Assembly: GCA_030324005.1 (NCBI GenBank)
Contig: JARDVH010000163.1
Span: 102,280,957-102,344,956, forward strand
Direction: 5' to 3'
DNA length: 64,000 nt
From: Negaprion brevirostris
Taxonomy: Eukaryota
A program made the position numbers and the translations under genes. The notes under the pieces were generated by a model, which searched no databases, was not told the origin of the DNA, and saw only the letters and a list, made by a program, of their open reading frames with translations. Numbering within the stretch: the first letter of the stretch is position 1; every line of letters starts with the position of its first letter. Shown in pieces: positions 1 through 12,863 of the stretch.

Positions 1-195
1 CAAGTGGGGAACCTGCCACTCGCCTATTAAGTCTGTGGTAGGAAATCTTGTAGATGACCTTCCCAGTATTTGTTTGTTGCACTGGAACAAATTGAACATG
101 GCACAGGCTTCCCGGTCAGGGGTGGGGGGTGGGATCTGCTTGTACCCCCAGAGTTGCCAACTGAGGCCCTTCACATGGACAATTATTGCTCAAAC
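1..195. repeat. Dispersed repeat fragment (probable DNA-transposon derivative), homologous to 820-1186
   Basis: Diverged direct copy of gcaccggaacaaattgaacatggcacaggcttc...gagttgccaactgaggcccttcacat...attattgctcaa. Confidence 0.6.
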
Positions 196-689
196 TTGTC
201 TTTAGTCCTCAATTGAACTATTCAGCAGCAAATCTGACTGAATACTGTAACTCCACTTGGGATATTAAGAGGGAATCCATTCTATTCACTTGAGACAGTA
301 AAGCAGAAAGCGAAGCAGAGCAGTAAACTCAATGAGGGAAGGACACAACAGTCCTGAACACATCATCCGCAAAACCAAATGTAGCTGGCCGCCAGTATGA
401 TTGGTGGATTGTGCCAAAGCATCGCATTTGTGTTAGCTGATGTTCAGCCATCAGTATCAATTCAGAATGTACAATCTACAGCAGATGAAATATTGGTACA
501 CCATGATATGCTAAATCCAGAATAGGTGTTGTATTCAGCTTTACAAAATCTATAACTTGTCTACTGACACCTCATGTAAAATTCCTTTAAATTATATTGC
601 CAAGATTCAATTCCAAAGACACCTGTCCTCTCTACACCAATCCCTATTGTTATTTAATAACAAATGAAAGAAATAGCTAAATGTATCAC

Positions 690-1190
690 CCATTTTCCCA
701 CCACTCAAGCTGGAGATGGATATTAAGAATGAAGCAGATACAATAGGTGAACCTTGTCCACCCCACTGCACCCCCCCCGCCAGATAGTTTGGTGACAGGG
801 AGAGGGGGGAGGCACTTAATTGGGCAGGAGAATAGCACTCGCCTACCTCCACCCCAATTCAGTCTGTGGCAGAAAATCTTATGGACGACCTTCCTAACCA
901 CTTGACAGTACTCGTTTGTTGCACCGGAACAAATTGAACATGGCACAGGCTTCCTAGTTGGGGGTGGGGGGNNNNNNNNNNNNNNNNNNNNNNNNNNNNN
1001 NNNNNNNNNNNNNNNNNNNNNNNNNNNNNNNNNNNNNNNNNNNNNNNNNNNNNNNNNNNNNNNNNNNNNNNCACCGGAACAAATTGAACATGGCACAGGC
1101 TTCCTAGTTGGGGGTGGGGGGTGGGATCTGCTTGTGCCCCTGGAGTTGCCAACTGAGGCCCTTCACATAGATAATTATTGCTCAAGCTTC
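690..1190. repeat. Second copy of the same dispersed repeat, spanning an N100 gap
   Basis: Similarity to 1-195; GC-richer than flanks; similar motifs recur at about 31500-32190 and 48890-49200. Confidence 0.55.
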
Positions 1191-1834
1191 ACCTAATTTC
1201 AGCTGTTAATCCAGAGGGGAGTGAGGCAGATGCACCATGTGAAAAGTGCGATTAGCAAACCCTGGCATGTTTGCTTGTAGTTTCCTTTGCGGAGTCTGTA
1301 TTTCAAACGCATTCAAAGTCTGATGAGAGGACTTTGCATCAAAAGAGGGGGACACCATTGGAAGCCACTCCCTTTCATTTGTTACACACAAGTCTAACCA
1401 AAACCTAATCAGACTCAGATTGGCTTGAATTTTCTATCCAAGTTTGTTTTTGACCACATTGTCACAATGACAAATTCAATGTATTTGGCTTTGATGTTCA
1501 TTTCAATATGAACTGATTAAATACACTAAGGCAACTCAGCTTAAGATCTGACCTGGTTCATGGCACACTCCACAACTTAAGATGGATTTAAAGAAAATAT
1601 ATTGTATGGGAAAGGTCACAGATTTTCACAACATAACACTGCACAACTACATTGCTAATAAAAATATATCTGAATGTAAAAATATTTTAACATTTATATG
1701 GGGGAAGAACAAATCAAAACTTATTTGATCATTCACAGTTTTAAAATTGTTGACTGGTGAAGGTTAGAACCTAATAGATCATGAGGTCTGAGGATCTGCT
1801 TTTCCTCTGGTGGCTGCAGGTCCCCTGGTGACAA

Positions 1835-2119
1835 GGGGTGGCACGGTGGTATAGTGGTTAGCACTGCTGCCTCACAGCGCCAGAGACCCAGATGCGATTC
1901 CTGGCTTGGGTCCCTGTCTGTGTGACATTTGCATGTTCTCCACATGTCTGCATAGGTTTCCTTTGGGTGCTCCGGTTTCCTCCCACAATCTGAAAGATAT
2001 TTTGGTTAGGTGCACTGACCTGAACAGGTGCTGGAGTGTGGTGGCTAGGGGAGTTCACAATAACTTAATTGCAGTGTTAAGCCTTACTTGTGACTAATAA
2101 ATAAACTTTACTTTACTTT
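1835..2119 (+). mobile_element. tRNA-derived V-SINE (HE1-like head/core) with AATAAA/(ACTTT)n tail
   Basis: Head gggtggcacggtgg..agtggttagcactgctgcctcacagcgccag; V-core tttgcatgttctcc..gggtgctccggtttcctcccaca; tail aataaataaactttactttacttt. Confidence 0.85.
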
Positions 2120-2379
2120 GTATGCAGTGTGTCCTGGGGCAAGTCTCAGTGCCAGGTTTCCCCAAGCAACTCTCCATTTGGTCACAGCCCACACAAATGA
2201 AGAATGTCTTATCCCTCAATCTGTATCTTACATTAAGTCTACACATTGCGGCACAGACTTACTGCTGAACTGGACAAATCCTTCAGGAACAAAGCCGAGA
2301 GGACTGAGACCTCATGCAGCAAGTATCTTTCCCAATTTATTTTGCATTAGTGTGGGCACAGTAGTAATACAATATTGGG

Positions 2380-2612
2380 AAGTGGCTTGGCTCAGTTGGA
2401 TGAACAGCTGGTTTGTTAGTGACACCAAAATCGTGGGTTCAATTTAAATACTGGCTGAGGTTATTCATGCNNNNNNNNNNTCATGCAGGCCCACCTTCTC
2501 AACCTTGCCTCTTGTCTGAAGAGTGGTAATCCTCAGGTTAAATCACCACCACTCAGCTATCCCCTTCAAAGAGGAGATTAGTCTATGGTCATCTGGGACA
2601 ATGCTGACTTTA
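2380..2612 (+). mobile_element. Old tRNA-derived SINE
   Basis: A-box tggctcagttgg and B-box gggttcaatt, followed by a ~200-bp body and A/T tail; family not assigned. Confidence 0.55.
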
Positions 2613-4046
2613 ATATAACATTGAACGGCAGGTAGTTTGGACATGTACAATCTAACATATAAAGACCGAATTATATTAGCTTGGGTATGTAAGAACATAG
2701 CAAGGTACTGGATATGTTTAGTAGTTAATGAAGTGATGATCATCAGATATTGTGGCTGAAAAGACTGGATTTATGCAAATTGCTTCTAAGAGCACAATAA
2801 GCAGAGGTAGTACAGATTCTTCATTCTATTGATCAAGCAACACAGGACTGAATGATGTATAGTGTGGCTTTATTGTTTCCTTGGATCAAGAGACAAGATT
2901 GGTTTTTACTTCTCATTTTCTCGAAAGATGACGTAAGCACAACTGTATTTTTCTAAAATAAGCACAGAAATAATTCATTCCAAGAAAGCTCTAAGCCACT
3001 GTCAAGGTGTAAAATTTGATCTGTTTTTAATGTTCACACCACTCAGAATGCTGAAAAGGTTTTGGATTGATATCAACATAATGGTTTTATAAAGTAAGGT
3101 CAAAACCGTAGGCAAGGAATTTAATTTACTGCGAAATTCAACAAAGGCAAAATCTTCCCATGTGGATCAGTGAAGTGGGAATCCCATTGCCAAACAATTT
3201 GTAAGTCTGCTTTCAGCACATGTGGAAACCATTTGGTTTTAAATCAGAAGAATTTAAAACCAATGATTGTTGGATCACTTTATAACTGAGAAAGTAAGAT
3301 AAATACTGCTGTCATCACTATTAACTAACAGAAGAATTCCAAATTATCAAATATATCTTCTTGGGAAGCATTTTTTTAAATAAAGTTTATTACAAGCAGT
3401 TACTGTTTAATGAAGCTGTAGTAGGTGCAATAAAAATTGCTGCACCAGAGTGATAACATGCAGATTTTTGTCTGCGATCTTTAGAAAAAAAGTCCTCATT
3501 CTTAGCTGTGCAGCTGAGTACTGTATCACTGGAGACAAGGCACTTTCCAGATTTAAGGCAACGTTTTATGAAGGCAGACAAAAATAGCATGTTTAGAAAT
3601 GTTCTAATAAAAACAATGCCTCCGTCACTTTACAAAAATACTTTGGTAAAATTTCAGACCAAAATTAATTTTTGATCCAAAACTCAACATTTAAATAAAA
3701 TATGCATTCTGAAAAATAGTGTCAGCTGGTATAAGGATTCCTTGCCCACCTTTACCTAATCTTCAAATGATTGTAAATAAATAGGCTTGGTATTAATTCA
3801 TTTCTAACCACATTGGGGGATTACATTGGAAAATGTGCACACTTTAAAATTAAGTTCAAAGTCAATAAATAGCTATTAGGGCTAAAAATAATAATATTTG
3901 CATAGTTCCACTCAGACCTTAATATATTCAGATTTCTATGGGAAATAGTTGAGAGAAGGCAGAAAAAGGATCAAAGCAACTAACCGTCAAGAAAAACAAG
4001 CACGTTACCATAGTGTGGAAATATTGCTCTACTTCTAGTAACTGAC

Positions 4047-4193
4047 CTTAAACTGTTTCTCAAGCCTCATCTTCCCAGATATTCCTGGAATTAAAATGTT
4101 GTTGACGTAATTGTGTAGTTGAGTGGCAGGTACTTCTGTCTCTTTCCCATGTATTGCTTCCCGCAAGGCTTCATGGATAAAAATGTACTGTTC
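4047..4193 (-). CDS. PTPRG: PTPRG exon: end of D1 and D1-D2 linker (147 nt, phase 0 to 0)
   Basis: ctttgcttttaag|GAACAG...TTTAAG|gtcagt; [49 protein letters not shown]. Confidence 0.95.
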
Positions 4194-4294
4194 CTTAAAA
4201 GCAAAGAACACAGCAAACATGGGGTTGTTTATTTATCTTGTTACAGTCATTTCATGTACAGTCTAATTTTAATATGAGAGGATCAGATGCTATT

Positions 4295-4400
4295 ATTTTT
4301 CAGAGTTATGATTAAAAAGTCATCAATCTGAGATGTTAACACTGTTCTTCTCTCTCCACAAATGCTGCCAAATTGCTGGGTATTCAGGCAATGTTTTCCC
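4295..4400 (+). mobile_element. Penelope-like terminal fragment (degenerate)
   Basis: gttaacactgttcttctctctccacaaatgctgcc..tgctg motif, shared with 58425-58555. Confidence 0.5.
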
Positions 4401-4759
4401 TGGGACACAGCTGTTTCAACACTTCTAATGGGTATTTGGACTCTCAGCCCAAGTATACATAAATATGGGTTGGCAGAGAGCCCAGACATCCTGTATCTTG
4501 GAGAAAATATTGATTGATTGACAGTTCTGGCTCTCTGATCTCCGCTGTTAATTACACAAGGTTAAGTGGTTTCAAGAGTTTGGGGTTGTTGTTTTTGATA
4601 ATGCAAAGGATCTGGACTATTGACAGTTCTATTGACTTGCAGTGAAATGACTTTCATTCAACATAGTAGAAAGTTATAAATAAACTACTTTTATAAAGCT
4701 TTTTTCTTTACACGTACTTATATTACCACAGGCATTATGTCTTTAAGGGATAGCAGCCA

Positions 4760-6620
4760 GCATGTTATCATGAGATGTCGTGTCATATGATCCAGTTTCA
4801 ATTTCACAATGCCAGCATTTACAAAAAGAATTGATGAAAGATTCTCAACTACAGGAACTATAGAAAACCATCATTGAAAAATGCCTGATTCAGTTCAGCA
4901 TGTCCACAAACACATGAGACCATTTTGGCCTTACCATGACATCTCCTGGGAAGTCATTTTTTAAGGCAGGCAGGTCATAATATTGGAATCTTTGCGACCT
5001 ATATTCTTCAACAACTTCAGCACTCACATGTGAACAGAGATCAGGTGAGAAGACTCACAAGACAGACAATCTATTGGCCATGTATGAAGAACGACATTGA
5101 AATCATCAATATGTGAGNNNNNNNNNAAGAACAAATGCCAAATCAACACACACAACCACCGATTCCACATTTCTACTCATCCTTAGTCCAAAATCGCATT
5201 TGACCTCTTTAATTTCCATGGTTCAGATTTCATCATCATTGTTGACTATATACTAAGTACTCCATTATTTACAATTGCACAATACATCAAGCATAACTGT
5301 CATGTACATTCTAAGTGCTACTTTGGTGTGTCTGGAGAGTTCATTATGGATAACGATCTGCAAATTTATTGGTGAACCATTTCAGGATTTCTGTGAGAGG
5401 TAGAATATTGATCACACTACTCCTCATTACTCTGGATCTAACAGCCAAGATAAATAAATGATTTGCATAGTGAAATCCCTAATTCTCAAATGGAGACAGA
5501 CCAAACAAGATCTATATGTTGCAATGTTACATCTGAGAGCGACACCTTTAAGTGAAATTACTCCATGACTGGCAGAGTTCTTGAGACAGTGCATATCTCT
5601 TGACATACTCTTACCCTTTCTGTTCTCTCAGACAGTAGACAGCGACTTTTAAAACTACAAAAGAAAATACCAACAAGTACTATAAAAATGCAGGTACAGA
5701 ATTGCCAAGCTTACAGTTGGTACAGAAAGTTCCCATTCAAGATTTCAGAGAAAGTACATAAGAACATAAGAACATAAGAAATAGGAGCAGGAGTAGGCCA
5801 TCCAGCCCTTCGAGCCTGCCCCNNNNNNNNNNNNNNNNNNNNNNNNNNNNNNNNNNNNNNNNNNNNNNNNNNNNNNNNNNNNNNNNNNNNNNNNNNNNNN
5901 NNNNNNNNNNNNNNNNNNNNNNNNNNNNNNNNNNNNNNNNNNNNNNNNNNNNNNNNNNNNNNNNNNNNNNNNNNNNNNNNNNNNNNNNNNNNNNNNNNNN
6001 NNNNNNNNNNNNNNNNNNNNNNNNNNNNNNNNNNNNNNNNNNNNNNNNNNNNNNNNNNNNNNNNNNNNNNNNNNNNNNNNNNNNNNNNNNNNNNNNNNNN
6101 NNNNNNNNNNNNNNNNNNNNNNNNNNNNNNNNNNNNNNNNNNNNNNNNNNNNNNNNNNNNNNNNNNNNNNNNNNNNNNNNNNNNNNNNNNNNNNNNNNNN
6201 NNNNNNNNNNNNNNNNNNNNNNNNNNNNNNNNNNNNNNNNNNNNNNNNNNNNNNNNNNNNNNNNNNNNNNNNNNNNNNNNNNNNNNNNNNNNNNNNNNNN
6301 NNNNNNNNNNNNNNNNNNNNNNNNNNNNNNNNNNNNNNNNNNNNNNNNNNNNNNCTTGGGTCATCAGCAAATTTCGACACCATACACTCGGTTCCCTCCT
6401 CAAGGTACTTGGCAGCAAACCGAGGTAACAAAGATTTATTCAGAACCAAGGTCCTATGAAGTAATTACACAGAAAGGTGAAATGGTAATGTATAACTGAG
6501 GAAATATCAGATTAGACATTCTTATAGATCCAAAACAATCTTTAAAAAAAGTAGCCAGGGACTTCATCCTGAATGATATACCAGAGACTGAAACTTATAA
6601 GCAACTTATTGATTGCAAAT
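4760..6620 (+). mobile_element. Degenerate Ty3/Gypsy-type pol (integrase) relic, interrupted by a CR1 insertion
   Basis: Frameshifted remnants read LQQL..SH, YWP.M..DIE, KIAFDLF, IIVDY.TKY, DN..QF.GEPFQDFC, NIDHTT; after the CR1, EPRSYEV. These resemble integrase zinc-binding/rve motifs. Confidence 0.65.
5756..6410 (-). mobile_element. CR1 LINE 3' portion (mostly N gap)
   Basis: (CATAAGAA)n tail plus ataggagcaggagtaggcc; minus-strand peptide LEEGTECMVSKFADD (RT F/YADD motif). Confidence 0.85.
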
Positions 6621-7400
6621 TCATCTCAAGAATTTTGAAAATGCAATGTCAACTTATCAAGATACAGGGTCCATTAATCTGAACCTATAAGCAGCAGTTT
6701 ATCCAGAGATTCACCGAGGCAACTTCAGATGGATTGCTGAATTGGAACAAGGTATGCTAAAGATTAAGGACAATCTAAACTGTAAAGTACTTTTTAAAGT
6801 CAAAAACAGCTGCTGAACAAATATGCAAATCAAATCCTCAAGATGTTTGCATTTGAATTGATGACTTGCTATCTTTCTTGGATACTTGATAAAGTCAGCA
6901 CAATACTTGCATTAATGTAATGCCTTTCTCATAGAAGACATCAGGAACAACTGTGCATCAGCAGGGGTTGTCCCACTTTCTATGAATGATCCTATCTTTT
7001 AATTCCATGTGCACTGTGACAGAAACACAAGAGATAGGAGCATGAAAAAATTATTTATTTTTATCGCTACCATTAACTTATCTACTCATGTGCTTCATCT
7101 ATTTTGAGCTATAAATTAGGGGTGTTTCATTTTTGTGGAACCAATAGTGCATCATTACTCTTGACACCATATTCTAAGTATAAACGATTTCTCTCTCAAC
7201 CCACACAGAATTTAAATTCTGCTAAAACTTACCAGCCAGACATCAGGCTTTGAATCTAAATATCACATCTATTTGTTGAAACTGGCCCTGGAGGTGCAAA
7301 CCAGTACTTGTTAAACTGGGTCAAGCCTTATCTTGGTAACTCTGCCCAATTTTAGCCTGAAATCACTACAGACCCAATGCCACTTATAATTAATATTTAC

Positions 7401-7536
7401 CTCTGTCTGGACGAGATAGTTCCTTTGAGTCCTGATGTGTTTAAGAAAGCCGAGGACATTAACTGTGCTTTTATCTTTTATTTGTTTCAGCATGCTATCG
7501 AGCACAATATATGTTCCAGTTCTGCCAACACCAGCA
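7401..7536 (-). CDS. PTPRG: PTPRG D1 exon completing the [11 protein letters not shown]-loop (136 nt, phase 2 to 0)
   Basis: ccctatctag|TGCTGGT...ACAGAG|gtaaat; (S)[45 protein letters not shown]. Confidence 0.96.
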
Positions 7537-9134
7537 CTAGATAGGGAATAAAGGGAGTAAGGAATTTGCATACTATACACAAGCACAGCACGAACAGTGT
7601 AAAAATGTGATCTATCTGCAAGATCAAATGATAATTATGTTGATTAAATTACTATGCTTGCACTATTAAAGGCTTTTTGTTAATTCGATGGAAACACTTC
7701 ATTATATAATGACTGCTCCCTATATTCATTAATAAATGGTTCAATATATGGTATTTAATTGAATACACAAGTGTAATTATTAACAAGAGCAATCTTGTCT
7801 TCAGAAGTGTTATGTTTAGTCAGAAATGATTAACATACACACAGCTGCATGGCCAAACTACTTATCTTGGTTACTTCTCCCAGGATACGCTATCATTTTT
7901 CCCATTTTTTTTCTGTTCCATTTTCCCCTATGTCATCAGGCCTGGTAAATAGGCTCCTCTAATCCCTCTGTCATTGATAGTCTTGAATTGGTCTTTGGTA
8001 ACAACTGAGAATTTCTCAGTGATAAATGGGTCGCCAATACCCGCTCCAATATTCTCCCCATCCTCTACCGCTCCCATCTTTGTGGAAACTCTTGCCACCA
8101 CACTGAGAGGCAAACAAAATCATCAACTCAACAAAGTGGGGACTGAAACAATGTCCCCAAGATTCGGTTGCTCAGTGCATTTGACCACCATCTGCATTAC
8201 CCACCTTTCATTTTCTTCTGCATTGCCTTCAATGAACACGCTGGCCTGGAGTTTCTGCTCATGGTTCAATTGGGAAAAATCTGCCTATAATGCTGCATAC
8301 ACAGAACTGAATTTGCCAAAGACAAATCACGCCAATATTTGCACTCAAACTCATTTGCAAGCCTGAATGTAAAACCTCCCAAGTATCAGGTCAATGAAGT
8401 AATATTTTTGATTGTAATTGATTATTGACTCAAACAACGGGCCCTCAGGATTATTGAATTAAATTAATTTCTGAACATTTGTTCAAGCAATCCCCGCATC
8501 TGAAGACATATGACATCCAGTGATTTCAACTGCCTGCAGGTCACAGGTCTTATGTACCAAGGACAGGCCAAATTACTGAATTTTGACTAATTTAAAATTA
8601 ATTTTAAGCATTCTAATATAGCAACAGTATGTGGCGCAGACCTAATTGAGGCTTCAATTAACTGCTGATCACTACAGCGATACATCATTAATGTAGGATT
8701 ATTGTGACCAAGGATGCCCTTGCAATCAAACTTCTTAATTCCAGAAGAAGAAGAATCGGGATCAGGAGCCATTGGCGGAAATTCACCATGATAACATGGG
8801 AACATGGCTCATTTTCTGAGCAAGAGTTACTTCAGCCAAACTGACTTTTGAACTCAATGTAAACGATCATGAAAGCTCAAGGGTAGGTGGTTCCAAGCAT
8901 AATTCAAAAATGTTTTAAATTCCACAATCTTTTGCATTATTTTAGTCAATTCTGCCTGGATTCTGTGATAATAGGGTGGAAACCATAAACACCAGCACNN
9001 NNNNNNNNNNNNNNNNNNNNNNNNNNNNNNNNNNNNNNNNNNNNNNNNNNNNNNNNNNNNNNNNNNNNNNNNNNNNNNNNNNNNNNNNNNNNNNNNNNNN
9101 NNNNNNNNNNNNNNNNNNNNNNNNTTCCACATAC

Positions 9135-9307
9135 CTGCAATGTACTACTACTGGTCCCATGTCTGGTATCTGAGCCGCAGATGACTTTCTTACAAAGGTA
9201 AGTACAGGAAGTGCATATTCTGGTACCCCCATATCAGGCCACTGTGTATAGTGATATTGGATAACCATCCGTTCATTCTGACGACCCTTGGGGTTTCCCT
9301 TTTGTCC
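9135..9307 (-). CDS. PTPRG: PTPRG D1 exon with WPD loop and catalytic Cys (173 nt, phase 0 to 2)
   Basis: ggttacag|GGACAA...TTGCAG|gtatgt; [57 protein letters not shown](S). Confidence 0.96.
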
Positions 9308-9418
9308 CTGTAACCACAGTTTATCAGCATCAATGAATATATAAAATATGTGAATATGTAGCACTTTTATCTGGAGGACGGAGATGAATCTAAAACTGTG
9401 CCAACCAGGGCATCTTGT

Positions 9419-9722
9419 GGGTGGCACGGTGGTTAGCACTGCTGCCTCATGGCGCCAGGGACCCGGGTTCAATTCCAGTCTCTGTGGAGTTTACACATTC
9501 TCCTTGTGTCTGCGTGGGTTTCTTCAGGGTGCTCTGGTTTCTTCCCACAGTCCAACGATGTGCGGATTAAATTGATTGGCCATGCTAAATTGACCCTAAC
9601 GTCAGGGGGATTAGCAGGGTAAATGTGTGGGGTTACAGGAATAGAGCCTGGATGGGATTGTGGTTGGTACAGACTTGACGGGCCGAATGGCCTCCTTCTA
9701 CATTGTAGGAATTCTATGATTT
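9419..9722 (+). mobile_element. HE1-like V-SINE with CR1-derived tail
   Basis: tRNA head, V-core, 3' gggccgaatggcctccttct..ctgtaggaattctatgatt. Confidence 0.88.
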
Positions 9723-10431
9723 TATCACGACTAGACCCAACGCTCAAGTGTAATATTTATTTCTGCAATTTAGATTGAAATATGCAATTACAAGACAAAA
9801 AAAGTGAACATTTTGAATATCTTCAGAAAATTCAATAAAGTCAGAATTAAACCACCTAACGCTGATTTATACTTTAAATAGTCAACATCAAGAAAAAATG
9901 ATCGTATTACAAATTCACTTATTTATTAGGTGGCAATTCAGAACTGAACGGCAATGAAATCAATGCCATCTTTATTCCAAATTGCTCTTACGTTGTAACG
10001 CCTGTAAACAGACAAAATTTTGATTATCTTATGACACATTTTTGTAACCTCCCTTCCAAAGGTCTTCCTAGATGTTTTGGCTGTGGGGTCTAGGAGGTGG
10101 AAGATGGACTGATTTGGGGTCTGAGGGGGAGAGGGCTGTGCAGTTGGTTGAGTAGTGAGTCTGTTGGGGGAGAAGGCTGAGTGAGAGTCTGAAGGGGAGG
10201 GGAGATGGGCCTTAGTGGGATGTCTGAGGAGGAAGTCTGAGGGGAGAAGGTCAGGTCGGGTAACCCTCATGCCTGCATGGTGTGGGTGGGTGTAACCTGT
10301 TATTTGAGTGGTAATGGGAAGGATGCCCCCCTTTTGCTGAGGGGTTGGTGATGCTGCCCTGGATCTTTCAGCCCACCTGGTACATTTCCTGCTGAAAAAG
10401 GCTGGTGAATGGCAGAGGGTGTGTTTTAACG

Positions 10432-10728
10432 TTTTTAAAGTTTATTTATTAGTCACAAATAGGCTTACATTAACATTGCAATGAAGTTACTGTGAAAATC
10501 CCTGTGTTGCCACACTCCGGCACTTGTTAGGGTACTCTTGAGGGAGAACTTAGCACAGTCAATGCATTTAACCAACACATTTTTCAGATTGTGGGAGGAA
10601 ACATGAGCACCCGGAGGAAACCCAAACAGGCACAGGGAGAACATGCAAACTCCGCACAGACGTGACCCAATCTGGGAATCGAGCCCAGGTCCCTAGCGCT
10701 GTGAGGCAGCAGTGTAACCACTGTGCCA
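10432..10728 (-). mobile_element. V-SINE, same subfamily as 1835-2119, nested in a GC-rich DNA-transposon-like relic (about 10020-10920)
   Basis: Reverse complement of head/core; tail aaagtttatttattagtcacaa.taggcttacattaac. Confidence 0.85.
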
Positions 10729-10990
10729 ATGTGGTCTGGTGAATCGGCCAACAATCCCACTAACTGTATTACAATTAGCAGGTTTGCATAATTATTAGGT
10801 AGCCACCTGCTATGAGTCCGGCCAGATGGGTGAATCCCGACAGCCCTCATGCCCGGCGGGAATCCTGATTTTTAGTTGACGATTAGGAATCGGGATTCCT
10901 GCCACCCATCTGACAAGGACAGTGAATCCCCTCCTCCGCTTGTGTTTGTTTAAGAAGTATAAAAAGACACATTTATATTTCTACACTTAC

Positions 10991-11125
10991 CTTTTTAACT
11001 TTGGTGTTCCTTATAGTGAAGCGGCGTACAGTGCAACACGCCCGTACTTTTGTACTCTTCAAGGTGACAATAATATTGCCGTACTCTTCGTTGTTCTCAC
11101 TTGGCCAGTACTGATCACATTTTCG
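10991..11125 (-). CDS. PTPRG: PTPRG D1 exon (135 nt, phase 0 to 0)
   Basis: gtttttttttag|CGAAAATGT...AAAAAG|gtaagt; [45 protein letters not shown]. Confidence 0.96.
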
Positions 11126-11297
11126 CTAAAAAAAACAAGGAATAGAGTAGTTAAATTCCATTCAGAATGTGCCACAACAAAATGTCAAAATTACAATACA
11201 TTTTGTGCTAGCTATGGCTCCATTCATAACACACTTTCTTCTGAGTGAGAAGCTTGTGGGTTNNNNNNNNNNNNNNNNNNNNNNNNNNNNNNNNNNN

Positions 11298-11772
11298 ATT
11301 GCAGTATTGAAGGAGTGTTGCACTGTCAGGAGTGCTGTCCTTGGATAAAGTGCTGAAATGAGGGACTATCTGCCCTCTCAGGTGAATGTATAAGACCCCA
11401 CAATTTCTTCTCTAAAACAATGGGGGAGCAATGCTCAGTGTCATAGTCAATATTTATCAGTCACAAAACAGATTATCTGGACATTATCATATTGCTGCTT
11501 GTGGAAGCCTACTCTGTGCAAATCCCATTTACAACAGTGACTACACTTCAGAAGTACTGCATTGGTACTTGGCCCCTTAGTGTCAAGGAGATTATCAGGG
11601 TAAATAAGTGGGGTTACGGAGATTAGGCCTGGGTAGGATTGTTGTCGGTGCAGACTCAATGGACTGAATGGCCTTTTTCAGCACTGTAGGGATTCTATAA
11701 TTAGCTGAAGCCAATTTGGGACATCCTGTGGCCATACAAGCTGCTGTATAAAAACAAATCCTTTTTTCTTTT
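11298..11772 (+). mobile_element. Deu-domain (SacSINE1-like) SINE with nested 3' half of an HE1 SINE (about 11571-11700)
   Basis: gtgttgcactgtcagg..ctgccctctcaggtg..cagattatctgg.cattatcatattgctgcttgtgg..acaacagtgactacacttca; nested piece ends gcactgtagggattctat. Confidence 0.7.
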
Positions 11773-11879
11773 CAATGCAATTAACAGGCTGTGACAGTTG
11801 TATTTGAACTTCCAACTCTCACTTAATGTTAATTACTGGGCTGACGACACTTTGGTCTCTGCATAGCATGAATTATTTA

Positions 11880-12089
<210 letters not shown>

Positions 12090-12647
12090 TCAAGGGGAGA
12101 AAAGAAAATTAAAAAAAAACATTGATGTACAACCCAAAAATTCAAACACTGAAAACGTAAACTTCCATCATAACCGCTTTAAGCTGTGAAGGCTCTGACA
12201 TTTTGGTAACATAAAACCCATTTTCATTTCTTCGGCAGAATCTGAACTAAAAATTAGTGCAACTTCGCTGCACTAATATAAAAATTCAATTATTCAAATA
12301 ACAGACAATTTATATCCATATAATTTCAAGATTTTTCTTGACTCCATATCTTCTATTCTGCTGGAACAGAAAATTCTGCTTTAAAAATACAGTTTTATGC
12401 AAGCACAGGAACTGGATTGAAGATTGAAACTAATTTTATCTACGTTTTATTACAAAAAAAGTGAGAAAAAGAAGAATTTTAGCTTACTCGTCTCTGCCTG
12501 AGCTACAGTTAAACCAAGAGCTTTGAAACCAAACAACATTTACAAATAGTGTTCAAATCCATGATTCACCTAATACCTAATTCAGTTCTAGAATTCTTTA
12601 AATTGAATGAGCATGACAAATACAGTAAATACAAAATAATGACTTAC

Positions 12648-12730
12648 ATCGACATAATTGGCATTGATGTAGTCACTGTGCTTTGAATCCTTTCCTGGTA
12701 TTGGCCTTAGCTTAACTCTGCTGTGATCAT
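12648..12730 (-). CDS. PTPRG: PTPRG D1 exon (83 nt, phase 1 to 0)
   Basis: ccctctgcag|ATGATCAC...GTCGAT|gtaagt; (Y)[27 protein letters not shown]. Confidence 0.96.
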
Positions 12731-12863
12731 CTGCAGAGGGAGAAATATTAATCCACAAGAATAAATCAGTTTGCTCTTCATGTATATTTCAAATGTTACT
12801 TCACAAACTATAGATGATGACAGATATTTAACAAATAAAACAGTACACTAATCAGTGAGGCCC

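Noticed and set aside
921-1121. Exact ~50-bp duplication on both sides of the N100 gap
   Set aside because: Overlapping contig ends; a typical scaffolding artefact rather than a biological tandem repeat
1-4046. Next PTPRG exon (LVTQCNAK...) or an antisense gene
   Set aside because: No matching exon found by eye; it presumably lies beyond the window start
5711-6449. Longest ORFs in the track (234-235 aa) and other X-filled ORFs
   Set aside because: Open only because Ns translate as X; the flanks are CR1 sequence
7974-8366. 130-aa plus-strand ORF
   Set aside because: No domain, no splice logic; looks like degenerate repeat-derived sequence
11030-11040. ACC where I recall human has ACY in D1
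   Set aside because: Single substitution outside the catalytic motifs; cannot be evaluated without an alignment
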